From Trichinella spiralis (Eukaryota), in assembly GCF_000181795.1 (NCBI RefSeq), contig NW_003526941.1, positions 9,867,057 to 9,931,056 of the forward strand: DNA of 64,000 nucleotides, written 5' to 3'. Positions 12,337 through 24,883 of the stretch are shown in pieces. The translations under genes and the position numbers were made by a program. The notes beneath the pieces are model-generated. The model was given only the letters and a program-made list of their open reading frames with translations, was not told where the DNA came from and did not search any database. Position 1 is the first letter of the stretch. Each line of letters opens with the position of its first letter.

Positions 12337-13038
12337 TTAGCGTCTTTTGAAACTTGCCTTCAATAATTTTTTCCTTTTTTCACGATCGCTGAGTTCATGT
12401 CGCTTTTTGCCGTGCGTATATTTTCTCTGCTTAAGATTCAGTCGTATGTAGTTTTCATTTTTTCGACGGATGGGCTTTCTCTTATTCAGAACTGTGGTTG
12501 GCATTTCGTCCAAAACATCATTCTCAGATTCCAAATTGATTCGACTCGAACTCTGCTTTGCCGACGACGACTCTGCCGCACCGTCACCGCTTTCAGATTG
12601 AAAGGCAAGCTGTGACAATTGATTATATCTCACAGCCATATCTTCCGGCTCAGAAATCTGGAACGGATATAGAAAATCACAATCAGATTCAAATTCTCGC
12701 ACCGAAATCTGCGAACAGCCCGCAGTAGATGATGCATCGCATGATTCAACGGGACGACTGTTTTTCGCTTGTAAAAACGCAGCTTCTTCAACATCACCAT
12801 TCGAACAAACAACTGAAGCGGACAAGTGCTTCTTTTTCGGATAACAAAATGTAAAATCTTGTTTCAAAGTAAAATTCGCTTTACGACGTTTTCTTTCTTT
12901 GAACAACTTTTCCCGCAATCGTCTCACGCTTGCCGGTGCTAGTTCAAAGTCAACGTTTTTTGGTTTACGACCGTGGATTTCCAAAAATGCGGCGATCCAC
13001 TGACCATATTCTTCCTTTTGAGCAGAATCCTCTTCCAT
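12337..13038 (-). CDS. sld-2: Stand-alone Sld2/RecQ4 N-terminal-like replication initiation protein (233 aa)
   Basis: The N-terminal motif WIAAFLEIHGRKPKNVDFELAP resembles RECQL4 [22 protein letters not shown]. The C-terminal NENYIRLNLK resembles NYVRLN(M/L)K. A stop follows the basic tail and no helicase domain is present. Confidence 0.8.
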   Translation of the reverse strand: MEEDSAQKEEYGQWIAAFLEIHGRKPKNVDFELAPASVRRLREKLFKERKRRKANFTLKQDFTFCYPKKKHLSASVVCSNGDVEEAAFLQAKNSRPVESCDASSTAGCSQISVREFESDCDFLYPFQISEPEDMAVRYNQLSQLAFQSESGDGAAESSSAKQSSSRINLESENDVLDEMPTTVLNKRKPIRRKNENYIRLNLKQRKYTHGKKRHELSDREKRKKLLKASFKRR

Positions 13039-13286
13039 GATAAACAATTCAGTCCCAAAATGGTCAATTTCAACAAAAAAAATGCCAAAAATGTGAACAA
13101 AATCGAAAGTACCGTAAATGATTTACAGGTAACATTTAGTTGTACTGTCAATTGGTTTTGTATTTTATTTTTGATTTAGATTCACGCTGATTAATCATCA
13201 AAAATTAAGTAATCACAAAAGTGCTTTATTAATGACAATTTAGTATTTTATTCACAATAAGTTCATAAATATTTGAAATGTCAACT

Positions 13287-13946
13287 CTATTGACCAGGCG
13301 ATTCTATTTGATCGCATTTTGGAATATGAAATACGTGATCTTCTTCTTCATATTCAGTACTTTTCAAATTAATCACATCCGGAAATGAGTAATTACGGCC
13401 GATATACTGTTGATCAATAGGAATTACGATTCGTTTTGAAGTTCCTTTGCATCGATGGTAAATTGATACGTATGGATCAATGCTGGTGATCAAATCTGAC
13501 GCGCACCCACCGAGATAAAATTCGCCTGCTCCGCTAGCAATACCTTCATCCATTATTTCATCATATCCTGTAAAACATATTGTAATTACATTTAATAATT
13601 TATTGCAGCACACTGAAAGTGCATGGAAAATGGTTTCCTTCATTTTAATTAAGGAAAATTACAAGAAGTGAGTAAATTTTAAAGTTACAACGTTACAAGA
13701 AGTTACAAGGGTAAAGTTACAAGCAAATTGCATATAAATGATTATTGTCGGTACATTTTTGTTTGTTATCAATTGGCATTTTCACTTACCAATATCTTCG
13801 TCTTTAAGTCGAAGTAATACGGGTTCCAAAGGAGCTTCACCATCGCATTCCACTTTACCACTAACGGTTAAACATTCAGTATCATCCGCGTTGGCCAAGG
13901 AGATGAAAACAAAAATCCAAACCAATACTATACGTAAAAGCGTCAT
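13287..13946 (-). CDS. Secreted transthyretin-like (TTR-52 family) protein, 2 exons (13946-13790, 13567-13287)
   Basis: Signal peptide followed by VSGKVEC...VLLRLKDED|..GEFYLGGC..DLITSIDPYVSIYHRC; phase-1 GT-AG intron. Confidence 0.9.
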
Positions 13947-14388
13947 AGCATGCCTCGAAAAACTTTTGAAATAATGCATTAAAGTTAAAATTTTCAACAA
14001 AGAAAGCAACATTTCAAATGACGTATTAATTTTGAAATTTCTTGCAACTGCTTGTCGAATATTTTTATTTACGCCATGGATAATATTTTTTTCTATTATT
14101 AAGAAACATTGTTGACAACTACTTTTATTTTCATAACGAAACATATCAGTTACAATCAAACGTTTCACCTTTTACTATCATAAATAATGACAACATTTCG
14201 ACGGCAAAACAAAAATTTGCTTTCAACATTGTTTATTGAAAATGAAATTTAATGAAACACTGCAATGTTAAAAACGGAGTGAAGGAAAACATTACTTTTT
14301 TTTAAAATGATAAGCAAAAAAATCTAATATTAGCTGATAAAATTTTTCAGTGTTTATAAGTAATAATAATAATAATAATAATATCATT

Positions 14389-14938
14389 TTAAGGAATACA
14401 GGCAGGACGATTGTCAAATTGTTTTTGCTCTTCGGTGGTGAAATAAGAGCGCAAATTGATCGCCTGAGGAATTTTATATTCCGCATCGTCGCTGTTGATC
14501 GGTAATTTCAGCATACGCCTCTGATTTTGTTTGCAAGTGTGGTAAATGTGCAATTCAGGCTCCCAGGATTTGTACAAATCTCGTTGACAACCGCTTACTG
14601 AAAAATATCCATTTTTGCTGACAAACGTTTCGTCAATACGATTAACATAACCTAAAAAGAAATTATTGTTTAAAAATAAATAAATAAATAAATTTCTCTT
14701 AAACCAGTTGAATATGCATAAAGTAAGTGCAATAAGTTTAATATGAATTACCATCTTTGGATTTCAGTTGAACAATAACCACACTGCCGTCATGCTTATC
14801 AGGATTGTTAGGATCAGGACAATAGGCTCTACCTCTTACCAGACGACAGCTTGACCGGGCACGATCCGCGTTGATTGATTGGACCAAATATTGGCCACAT
14901 AACAATAAAAGTCCCAAGATAAAGTAAAGTTGTCGCAT
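14389..14938 (-). CDS. Second transthyretin-like protein, 2 exons (about 14938-14752 and 14651-14389)
   Basis: Signal peptide followed by VRGRAYC...VQLKSKDG|...GYFSVSGC...EPELHIYHTC; intron at the same position as in the neighbouring paralog. Confidence 0.85.
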
Positions 14939-16016
14939 ATTCGTTTATACACAAACTCACAGATATCAACTCACAGCAAACTGAAAACGTCTGAGTTTCT
15001 GCTACTGCTGCTGCTGCTGGAGGGTGTTGTTGTTGAAACGCTTGATGGCAGGCAGTTTGCCTATTGGTTTGACAGCCTTTTTTCAAGCTGATGATGCATC
15101 GTTAGAACGATAAATTTATGCCTGCTTTACTTGGTGGAAGAGTGGCAACTTGAGCAGCTGTCACCTGAGGCATCATCAGATGAACCGAACTGCTGCAGTA
15201 TCATTATTCACTGTTGACGACCATGACCAGTATATTTTTTCACTACACCGCTTCCCTGATGCACTAGTTGTGCAGAGCCAGTTGTAGTGCAGTTGGAATT
15301 TCACGAAATAAATTTTCTCTTTTTTTTCTCTAAATTTTTTCAAATTGGCAACCCTGACCGTTTTGCCGAACAGCGACAATAAAACAAAATTGAAATTTTA
15401 CGAATGAAATTAATATTACAAATTCAAATAATTTTGCATATTTAAAAAGTTGAAAAAGCTACAAGAAAAGTTCTTGTGTTCGTATTGTTTGAAATTTTAC
15501 TGATTTAATTCCGACATGCAATTGTACTTGATGATCGTTTTTGTATTTACCTTGGGCAACTGCCGACGACAGCAAGGCAAATAAATGTTTTCTGTCGCTA
15601 TGTGTTACTTAGTATTTAGTATTATAATTGCATAAGAATGAATTTACATTTCAAATTGCATCTGTTAAGATTTCCACGCAAACTTACATAACATAACCTA
15701 TATGAACCATATGTTGTTAAACATGGTAATATATGTAGCTAGCTAGCTGATCAACAGAAAGAAAACTGCTCCAAATTCAATAAATGGTGCAAACGTAAGA
15801 AACAAAATGTTGTGCAAAATTCAAATAATCAAAACAAACATTGCATCAATTTTTAATTTAATTAAAAAGTGAAATAAGCGACATTAATACTAATAATATT
15901 ATTGTTTAAGATGATGCAAGCAATAAAAAAAGAATTTACAATATCAAATTGCATTTGCAAATGAAAATAACGAATGAAATTTATGATGAATTGTTGAAGA
16001 AATTTTTAAACCAGCT

Positions 16017-17238
16017 TCAAAGTTCAGCCATGCGTATCGCTGAAATACAAAATTGTATTAAAATTTTTAAAAAATACATCATCTAATGATTATAAATTCT
16101 AAAATCTCATATTAAAAAATGTAATTTTTTCACTAAAAGAGAAAAATAGAATAAATAAATATTGATACATATATAAATATATATATATATATATATAGAA
16201 TTAGAGAATAAAATTAAAATAGGTACGGTACGTCTTTCCATTGTTCCATTGCTGATTTCGGTCAGTCAGCGGTACATACATCACGTGCATCAAATTTCTT
16301 TCCGTAACACTTCCATCACTTGCTTTGTCAATTTGTTTAAACACTTGATTTCCACCTGCTGGTCCAACTGGTAGAACCAGCCGACCGCCCGGCTTAAGCT
16401 GATTAATCAGCTATAACATATATAATTTCAGAGCACATTGTTAGAAATGCAATAAACAAAAAAGAAAACAGAACAGAACAAAACAAAAAAAATCACAGCT
16501 TGTGGAACGCGCTCAGCTGCCGCGCCAACGTGTATAGCATCATATGGACCATCCTGTGCGTAACCATCACGACCATCACCAACTGAAAATTTCAAACATA
16601 TGCGTTTGGTTTATTTTAAAATTTCCACAAATAAAACAAAAGTACCGATTAATTTCACTCGACCACTGCTCAACAATTCTGGATTCCCATTGCGAACATT
16701 CTGTATCGACTTTTCCACCAGCTGTGGAATATGTTCAATACCGACAGCCTTACCACTGTTTCCAAGCTAAAGAAAGATTCATCTTGACCTTCTGATAACG
16801 AACTTTCTCTACACACTGACCATTATTGCAAAACATGCTGTTAAATATCCAGAACCACTACCCACATCCAACGCTCGGTTTCCTTCTGTCAGATGATCTT
16901 TCAGCATTTCTAGCGCGTAAGCGTGCTTAGAAATTACAGTAATGTTACATTAGCAACGTTTGTTTCAAAGTTCAATTATTCATCATTTACCATATGTGGA
17001 GCGCTGATTGTGGCTGCAAATCCGATGCCTTGCGGTGAATCAATATAAGGTCTGCTGTCAGTGTAAAAACCACGATCCACTGCTAACATTGCTTTTTCCA
17101 CTGATTCAGACTTTATAATACCATTTTCTTGACAGAAAAACCATTGAACAAGTGAAAAAGGAAAATTTTATTAATGCGCATACTTTTCAAATTTTCCACA
17201 AGACCAACATTGCTGTCAGAAGAAGAATACCACGCCAT
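16017..17238 (-). CDS. PCMT1: Protein-L-isoaspartate O-methyltransferase, multi-exon
   Basis: [101 protein letters not shown]. The last exon and a possible N-terminal extension are uncertain. Confidence 0.93.
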
Positions 17239-17993
17239 TGTAGACGAATAGCGCCAAAAAGTAATGCAGACAAAAGTTTTGATCCAGTGTACAAGTTGAA
17301 CTTCACTCTACAAAGTTAAACAACAACGCATGATAATCTACTCGAAGCAAATATTTTACACAACAATTTTCAAATTTACATACCCTCCAATTTAGCATTT
17401 AGTTCTGAAAAATAGGTTGATCATTTTCACAAAGTACATTTACTCACATGGTTGCACAACCATGTAAAACAATAAAATTACGTAATATTAGTGTAAATTT
17501 TGGATTCCTTTATTCTTTGATAAAATAGGAAGAAAAGGATTAAAAGTTACTAACAGCATAGTTGCATTTTTGAAATAACAAAATATTTGATTGCAAAAAG
17601 TTCAATTTCAACTTTTGCAAATCATGTTCAGAAAAAAGAACAACACAATGTTCATTTATTAGAAAGCAAAGTGGAAATATTTTAAAATTTGCAAATATGT
17701 GCTATAAATAACTTCATTGTTTAGCACGAATTAGTGATAGTAGTTATTTGTTAGTAATCAAAAAATATAAAAGCTGAACAAATTAATACAAATTTATGGA
17801 CTTTTTTTTCTTACCCCCATTCAGTTTGACGGATTTTCGGGTGAATAAATTACTGTACATGAAGTGATGCTCAAGTAAATTTAAATTGGATACATTGGTT
17901 ATCTGAAGTGAAAAAAAACTAAAATTTTCTATATTGAAAGTGTTCATGTAGGACAAAAATGAAAAAAAAACTGATGAAGATAAATTGTATTAA

Positions 17994-19330
17994 CCTTTAT
18001 CTACCCAAAAATTTTTGGTGCATGTACAAGATCTGTAAAACTTGGTAACGCATACATAGGGTCTAATAAAGAAAGTATTGTGGCTAGACATCTCTGGTAC
18101 TACTCCTTATGGAATTATGGCATGTTCCATTTAGTGAACATTGAGCTGTTCTCGACAAAAATACTCCAGACATGGAAGTACTGGTTTAACTGATCAGGGA
18201 ACGTAAATTTTGGTAATATATAAGGACATAAACGTCGACATATAAGGATTTATGGGAGATTTTATTTAAATATATGGTAAATTTCGAAGCACTGCTTTCC
18301 CCGCTTTGCGTGAAGACGAACATTGTATTTTCCTGACATGTTCTTTGTGCTTCGTCTGCTTTACACATGCTTCGACAGTTTACAGCTCCCCTATGGTTCT
18401 ATAATAAAAATATGGTTTACACGCCATCGAACCTGATGTCAAGCAATTCAGGCAATTGCGACAAAGTGCTGCTGTCACTGGTGGACTTTGATCTGACTGC
18501 AGCAACCTGAAGAAAACAATCTCGATAAAACAATGAATATGATGAGTTCAGCGCTACAGTCACTACTTTTAGCGCATTGATGAATGAACAAAGGCTAATA
18601 CCATTTTTGTCTCTTATGGTCGGGCGATAGGCTCCTATCTGTCGATCAAGAAGGCCTATTCCTCCCATGCCAATGCTGTATGATCGAACCTAATTGGTCA
18701 TGGGTATTTCTGTTCTCAGTGACCTATGACTTGTCGTTGAGTACTGCGGAAGGGACTGTGAGTCATGTAGTTATGGGCTATCTTAATACATAACTTAAAC
18801 AACTGCTCTACAGTACATGGAGTTCACAGATTTTGAGATTTTGGCGTGGTGTAAACCCAAACAGTTGGTCAGACATAGCTAAGCATCTGCTCCAAATCAT
18901 GTCAAAAGGGTGGCTGTGAGAAAACATAGCTAGAAAGCAGTTTACACACAAAAACATAGTCTATGTCACTATTGTAAACAATATCTCCTAACTTGCCCAT
19001 TTATGACAAGAACAGCCCAATGTTCACTAAATGGAACATCAGTGTTTTTTATCAATTATTAATATAGAAACGTAGAGTATAACCATACGTTATATATATA
19101 TATATATATATATAACGAAGTTAACGAAGAATTAAAACTGAATCAAAAAGTCAGTTTTTGCTGATTTCATTGATTAATGAAAACATAACGGTAAATATGA
19201 AGATAAGTGTTTTTATAAATATACCAGCCAAGAATTCATGCGCAAAATATAAATAAAAACAATGGTTTGTTGGTAGTGTTAGGTGCTCTTAAAGTTTTGT
19301 TCCATTTAGTGAACATTGGGTAAATAAAGG
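17994..19330 (-). mobile_element. piggyBac deletion derivative
   Basis: Termini TTAA-CCTTTATCTACCCAA and TTGGGTAAATAAAGG-TTGA. Minus-strand remnant MGGIGLLDRQIGAYRPTIR (cf. piggyBac MGGVDLLD..Y) plus a decayed Cys-rich C-terminus. Confidence 0.85.
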
Positions 19331-21472
19331 TTGAGCTAACATTAATTTTTAGATTAAAAAAATGCAACTTAACTAATGTAAAACTAATAATTTCAAATAA
19401 ATCGATCAAATTGATATAATTTGTGAAAAATGTACATTCATTTTCACATCAGCTAAAATTTGCTTATAATTAATTTTACATAACTAACGAATTAACATTT
19501 ACAGTGATGGAATAATTCATTGTGGAAACAATTCGAAAATATTAAAAAAATTTTCAGGTACTAATTTTCAAAATATAATATTTTGAACATTTGAGAAAAC
19601 TCCCAATACGGAGTAGATATTATTTTTGAAAAATTACCAAGCAAAAAATAATTTCACTTTTTATTATAACAGTCTAAAATTAGTGATGATTGTAGTATAT
19701 TTGCTTTTTCTTTTTATGACATGCTTGAACATTTCTCCGGTAAAACAAGCAATAAAGAGTAGATTTCGAGCGAAATTAATGAGCAAAATTATCACTGTCG
19801 TCCGCCGTTTAAATTAACATGATAAAAATGAAATGATGAATGAATTTTATGAATAAAAGAATTTCCCATTTTCTAAACGTCAAAAGCCGTTGTTGATTAT
19901 TAATGCAATTCATTATATGGATAAATTAATGAATGTTGGAAGGTGGATAAATTGGTTGGCAGTTGATTTGAAACGACACCGCCGGATGGTTCTCAATCTC
20001 TAAGAATGACATAAAAAGCGTGAATCACGCCTGGAATGAAGCCCAGCAATGTCAGCAAAATATTGATCGCCACATCGGTAGTAAAGCAGCCGGTTTGCAT
20101 GGCCACGGCGACTGGCTGAAAGTGAAACAATCATTTTCTCAATCGAATTTTTCAGTTTATTTAATTTAATCAACAAATGCATACTGTGACAAAATTAAAA
20201 TATTAAATGAAGGAGCAAAGAAAAATATTTTTTATATGAGAGATTTTTTTTAAATAAATTTTAGTTATTGTAAAATTTCTGGAAGAGCAAAAATTGAAAG
20301 TGGAGAGAGAAGTATGTTGAAAAAGTTTTCACTTTCCTTCACCGTATACTAACAAAGAAGAAAGTATAATAGCTTTTTGGCAACTATCATTATAAGTAAA
20401 GCAAACAGCAGAAGCAACAACGTCGACTGACGTTAGTTGGCTTTTCTCTAAAAGCAGCTTGCTCGTTAAATACACTGCTGTTGCTGCTGCTGCAGATGAT
20501 GATGATGTTCAAAATGTTATTCTATATATATATATATATATATATACATATATTGAATTGCAATTTTGAAACATTTCATAATTCTTTTCTTTTTCCTTTC
20601 AATTGCTATCACTTGCGTGTTCAGAAATATTTTGAGAAAAGGTCAAAATATGACAATAGAAAGTTATATTAAAAAAAAAATACATCTTGAATAATGACAT
20701 ACAGCAGAATGCATTAATGCATTGAATTTTTTCAATCAAACTGTTGCAACCTTTAACATCTATTTATACTTTGATTAAACGTTAACAGAAAGGTAGAAAA
20801 ATATAAAAACAAATTTCACTCAATGGATGTTGAAAATTTTTCTCCAAACTAACAAATGAAACACAAAACTATCAAAGTTTTATTATTTATTATTTGCAAT
20901 AAAAAAATAATTTAAAAATAAGTAAATCAATCAAGCATTAATTTTTGCAATTACCGGCAATAGCAAAGCACAACAAACACGTGGACAGTCGCCAATGGTT
21001 AAAGCCATCTTTTGCTGAAATTTTTTATTTCACCAAGAAGGCTACTGCGATCAACCAGGAGAAAACAATCTGCTAGCTACACTTGAATACTAGAGATTGA
21101 AAAGAATCACATAAACTTGCACCACCATAGCGCCATCTAGAAAATAATCAACCAATCAAACGAAGAAGCTGCACATTGTTTCACGTTGACCATCCTTGGA
21201 CAAGTGTTTCATACGTATGATCAATTTATGATCCAGTTGATTTTGCTTTTGCTGTCCTAAAAAGGAGAAAAAATATGCTTCAATACAGGAAAAACGTGTT
21301 TGCAACTTGACCTCGAACTGTGGCCAAAAATTCTTCACTTTGGTCAACTTTTCAATGGTATTAATAATAATAACGACAACGATCAATAAATAATACAAAA
21401 GTTGAACAAAACAAACTTGTCAAATACCAGCAGAAGAAAAGCAAAATTACATTTTCAAGACAACTGTAATAG

Positions 21473-21508
<36 letters not shown>

Positions 21509-22036
21509 TTTTCTTCTTCTTAAACAATAAAATAAATCTATTCAACATGTTATATCATTCAAGTTGTTCAAATATTACAAAAGCAAAACAAGACTAATCT
21601 AATCCAATCCAATCTTAAACTAGATTTAACAATCAACTTGAACAACATTGATTATACATTTCGTTAATACTCTTTCTCCAATTTCATTTTAATTCACTCT
21701 GCATCAACATGATGCAACAAATAATGCATTTACTATTTATTATATACATTTTCACATCTTTTTATAGAAATTATCAAAATAAAAAAACATTAAATTCAAG
21801 TTCCAATTTGTTCAAATTAAAACTATTCATCCACACAAAAGCAAACGCCGAATATCGATCCAATCGCCTGTCTTAAAACTCATACATCTTTTCGATCAAT
21901 ATAATGCATCACAGCAAATTTCACATTCACCATTATCTAAAAACAAAAAAGAAAGCAAAAGTACATATGCAATTTTTTTCATTTATTAATTTATTTACAG
22001 CACAATTGAAGACCTTTCTGTTATAAATAAAACATG

Positions 22037-23983
22037 TTACTTGGCTTTATTGTGAATTTTAACGTGAGCTCGCAAATTAACCAATTGTAAAAAACGCTTG
22101 TTACAACCAGGGAAAACACAAGCATGTGGTTTATATTCTAAACGACAATAACATTATTATTATTATTATTGCAGCAAAAGAAAAAAGAAGACACATACTC
22201 GAATGAGTTCCGAGATGTACTTTCATATTATAATAAACTGAAAAAGATTTTCCACAACCATCCACTGGACACTAAAAGAAAAATATATTTTTTTATATCC
22301 AACACAATAATATGTAATATTTTCGATTTGCAAAAAACGTACAACATGTGGCTTCTCTTTAGAATGTATCAAGTTATGTCGTTTCAGTTTGCTGGAATCA
22401 TCAAAAGCTTTATTGCATCTTGTACACATGTGTGTTCTTGGTCCGTGCCTCTGAAGATGCTGTCTAACATATTTCTGTTTAGCAAACGCTTTATTGCATC
22501 CCTTCAAATAAAACATTCAATCATTTGCTATATTTTAAACAATGTTCAAAAGCACACACTTTTAGAATATGAACAGAAAATACAAATAAAGAATTATTAG
22601 CCTTTACAACAACACTGTGTCTATTTGTCAATGATGAAATGAATATTTGCAATAGTTCAGCTTGTTCATATTAAAGACAACATGCATGCATTATAGACAG
22701 TGTATTTGATCATTTGAATCTTAATCTTTAAACATTCATGCATTATTAATTTCTTGCTCTTTTTATTCATTTGCAATTCAACTTGTTTTTATTACTGTTC
22801 ACTTATTGCTGTAATACCTAAAAATCAAATATTACAACAGTATGCAAATACAAAAATAAAACCACACAGGTTGAATTTGATAGTATCGTAAAATTATCTC
22901 ATCAAAATTCAGAAATTCACACAAAAAATGAACCATATTTTTAACGAGAGCTCAATTTTTATCTTTTCTGATATGTGGTGTTCAGCTTAGAAATATATAA
23001 AATGTTAACTGGAGAAAATAGTAATAAATTTTCTCGCAAATCCAATGATCATTTTTAAAATCAACTTGCAATCTTGAATTTCTTATGAAGTTTCGCGAAC
23101 CGATACCCCACTGGTGACTTCAAATAAAATCTGCATGTCATATTACCAATTTCATTTGTGTTGGAGATCAAACAAAACTGGCAACATGACATTCACATTT
23201 TCTTTTCACGATGCTTTAAATCCAAGTGTATTCTTTCTTCTTCTTACACAGCAATGCAAAATGACAATTTCAAATGATGTATTTGATTATCGTTTTTGAA
23301 TACACATTATGAGATCAAAACGGTTGTTAGAAATTTGTCAATTTCATAATTGTTGTTATTAATACAAAATGATTAAATATATGTTTTGTTTAATAATTTA
23401 AAGAATCATTGAATTGTTCATGATCAATGTAAAAAATTCGAAAAAATACACAATCATGTAACCATCAATAATATGCTATTAGTAACTTCATCACTTACCC
23501 TGTGTGGACATTTGAATGGTTTTGTCGGATCCTCTTTTTCCGTTCTACTTTCTCCTGTCCTTCCATCATTTATGCTGGGGTTTACCCAGTTAGTATCGTT
23601 TAAATGTTCCGATTCCGAAGCAAATATTTCGGAATGAAGGTTTCCATCTAATAAAATAATATCTCGTAACATTATAATAGTTACGATGTCAATGTATGTA
23701 AATACATCTCCAAATTATATACACAACTACAATTATGCATAGTTCGATTATCTGAAGTGTCTCATTACATAATATTCTCGTTAAACGAAAACACAGTCAC
23801 AAAGCAAGCATAACAATCATTCCGATAATCTATAAACGCAAAAGTTGCAAAGTCAGTTAACAGCTTACCGCACACCCATGCTTCTATAGAATACTTTTTA
23901 TTATTAGATATTAATATCACATTTCGATGATCCCATTCAGCTAAATTAATCTCATTTAGTTTATTTAACAAAAATCGAGACAT
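22037..23983 (-). CDS. Divergent YY1/Pleiohomeotic-like protein: REPO-like motif plus four C2H2 fingers, 198 aa (exons 23983-23869, 23647-23499, 22501-22343, 22271-22199, 22137-22037)
   Basis: CPHR|GCNKAF...HLQRHGPRTHMC..CNKAFDDSSKLKRH...|CPVDGCGKSFS...CVFPGCNKRF.Q..NLRAH..HNKAK follows the YY1 finger array. All intron phases are consistent (597 nt in total). The start codon is less certain. Confidence 0.85.
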
Positions 23984-24883
23984 TGAGAATGATAACTTAC
24001 AGTTTGAAAACGAAGCAATTAGCAAGGTAATAAACAAACTTGCCCATCAGTGTACTGTACTGTTGTGAAATTAATATGTAAATGAAAAATATTTTTTCTA
24101 GAAATAGTTTAATAGTTTTGCACACTTTTATTACTTCGTGTTTTTAATCTTATTTTTGTGAAGTTATTTTAAACTTATGATGCGAAAAATCAGGCCAAAT
24201 TTGATTTGCCCTGATATGTTTGTGTGGCAGTTTAAAAAGTTTACCCACCTTCTCTTGTCGACAGAAATCGCAAAGGCGCACATATTAAGTTTACTCGATA
24301 AACAAAAATTTGATAGCATAATGAACACTGGCACAACCAATTTTATTTTTCCAATAAATGCAACCGAAAATAATAAATTCAAATTAATGCATGCATGCAT
24401 TTATAAATTCGGCAGCACTCTTTCAATGGGGCAACTCTTTCGAACTTTAGCACTCTTAATTTCTGAATCTACAGTCATTTTCAATCTGTACCACATTTCA
24501 AGTGTCAAGTGCAAGTGATGCTTCCTTATCCATTCACTTCGTTGCTTTTCGTATGTATTTTATATTTTGCAGTGTGTTGGCTAATTTTCTAATATCAGAA
24601 TCGAAAATCATGAAAATGAAGTATACAATAATAAAAGAAATTTTTCACTTTAAATATTTCCTGTTAAAAACTTCAAAATGCAAAACAAATCAAACATTAA
24701 AAAAATAAAACTTTACATTTTTTATGAAAAATGAAAGTTTATATATTTTATAACAAGTAATAATGCTAATAGGGTTTTATAACTTTAATTTAATTTATTT
24801 ATTTAATATTACTTTTTAATTTGGTAATTTGCTCTTGCTTTCTTGTTTACGGTAACAAAAGTTTTATCTTTGAAGTATAAAAT

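Noticed and set aside
21120..21145. GCGCCATCTAG resembling a CTCF or YY1 site
   Set aside because: Only a partial match, expected by chance in 64 kb.
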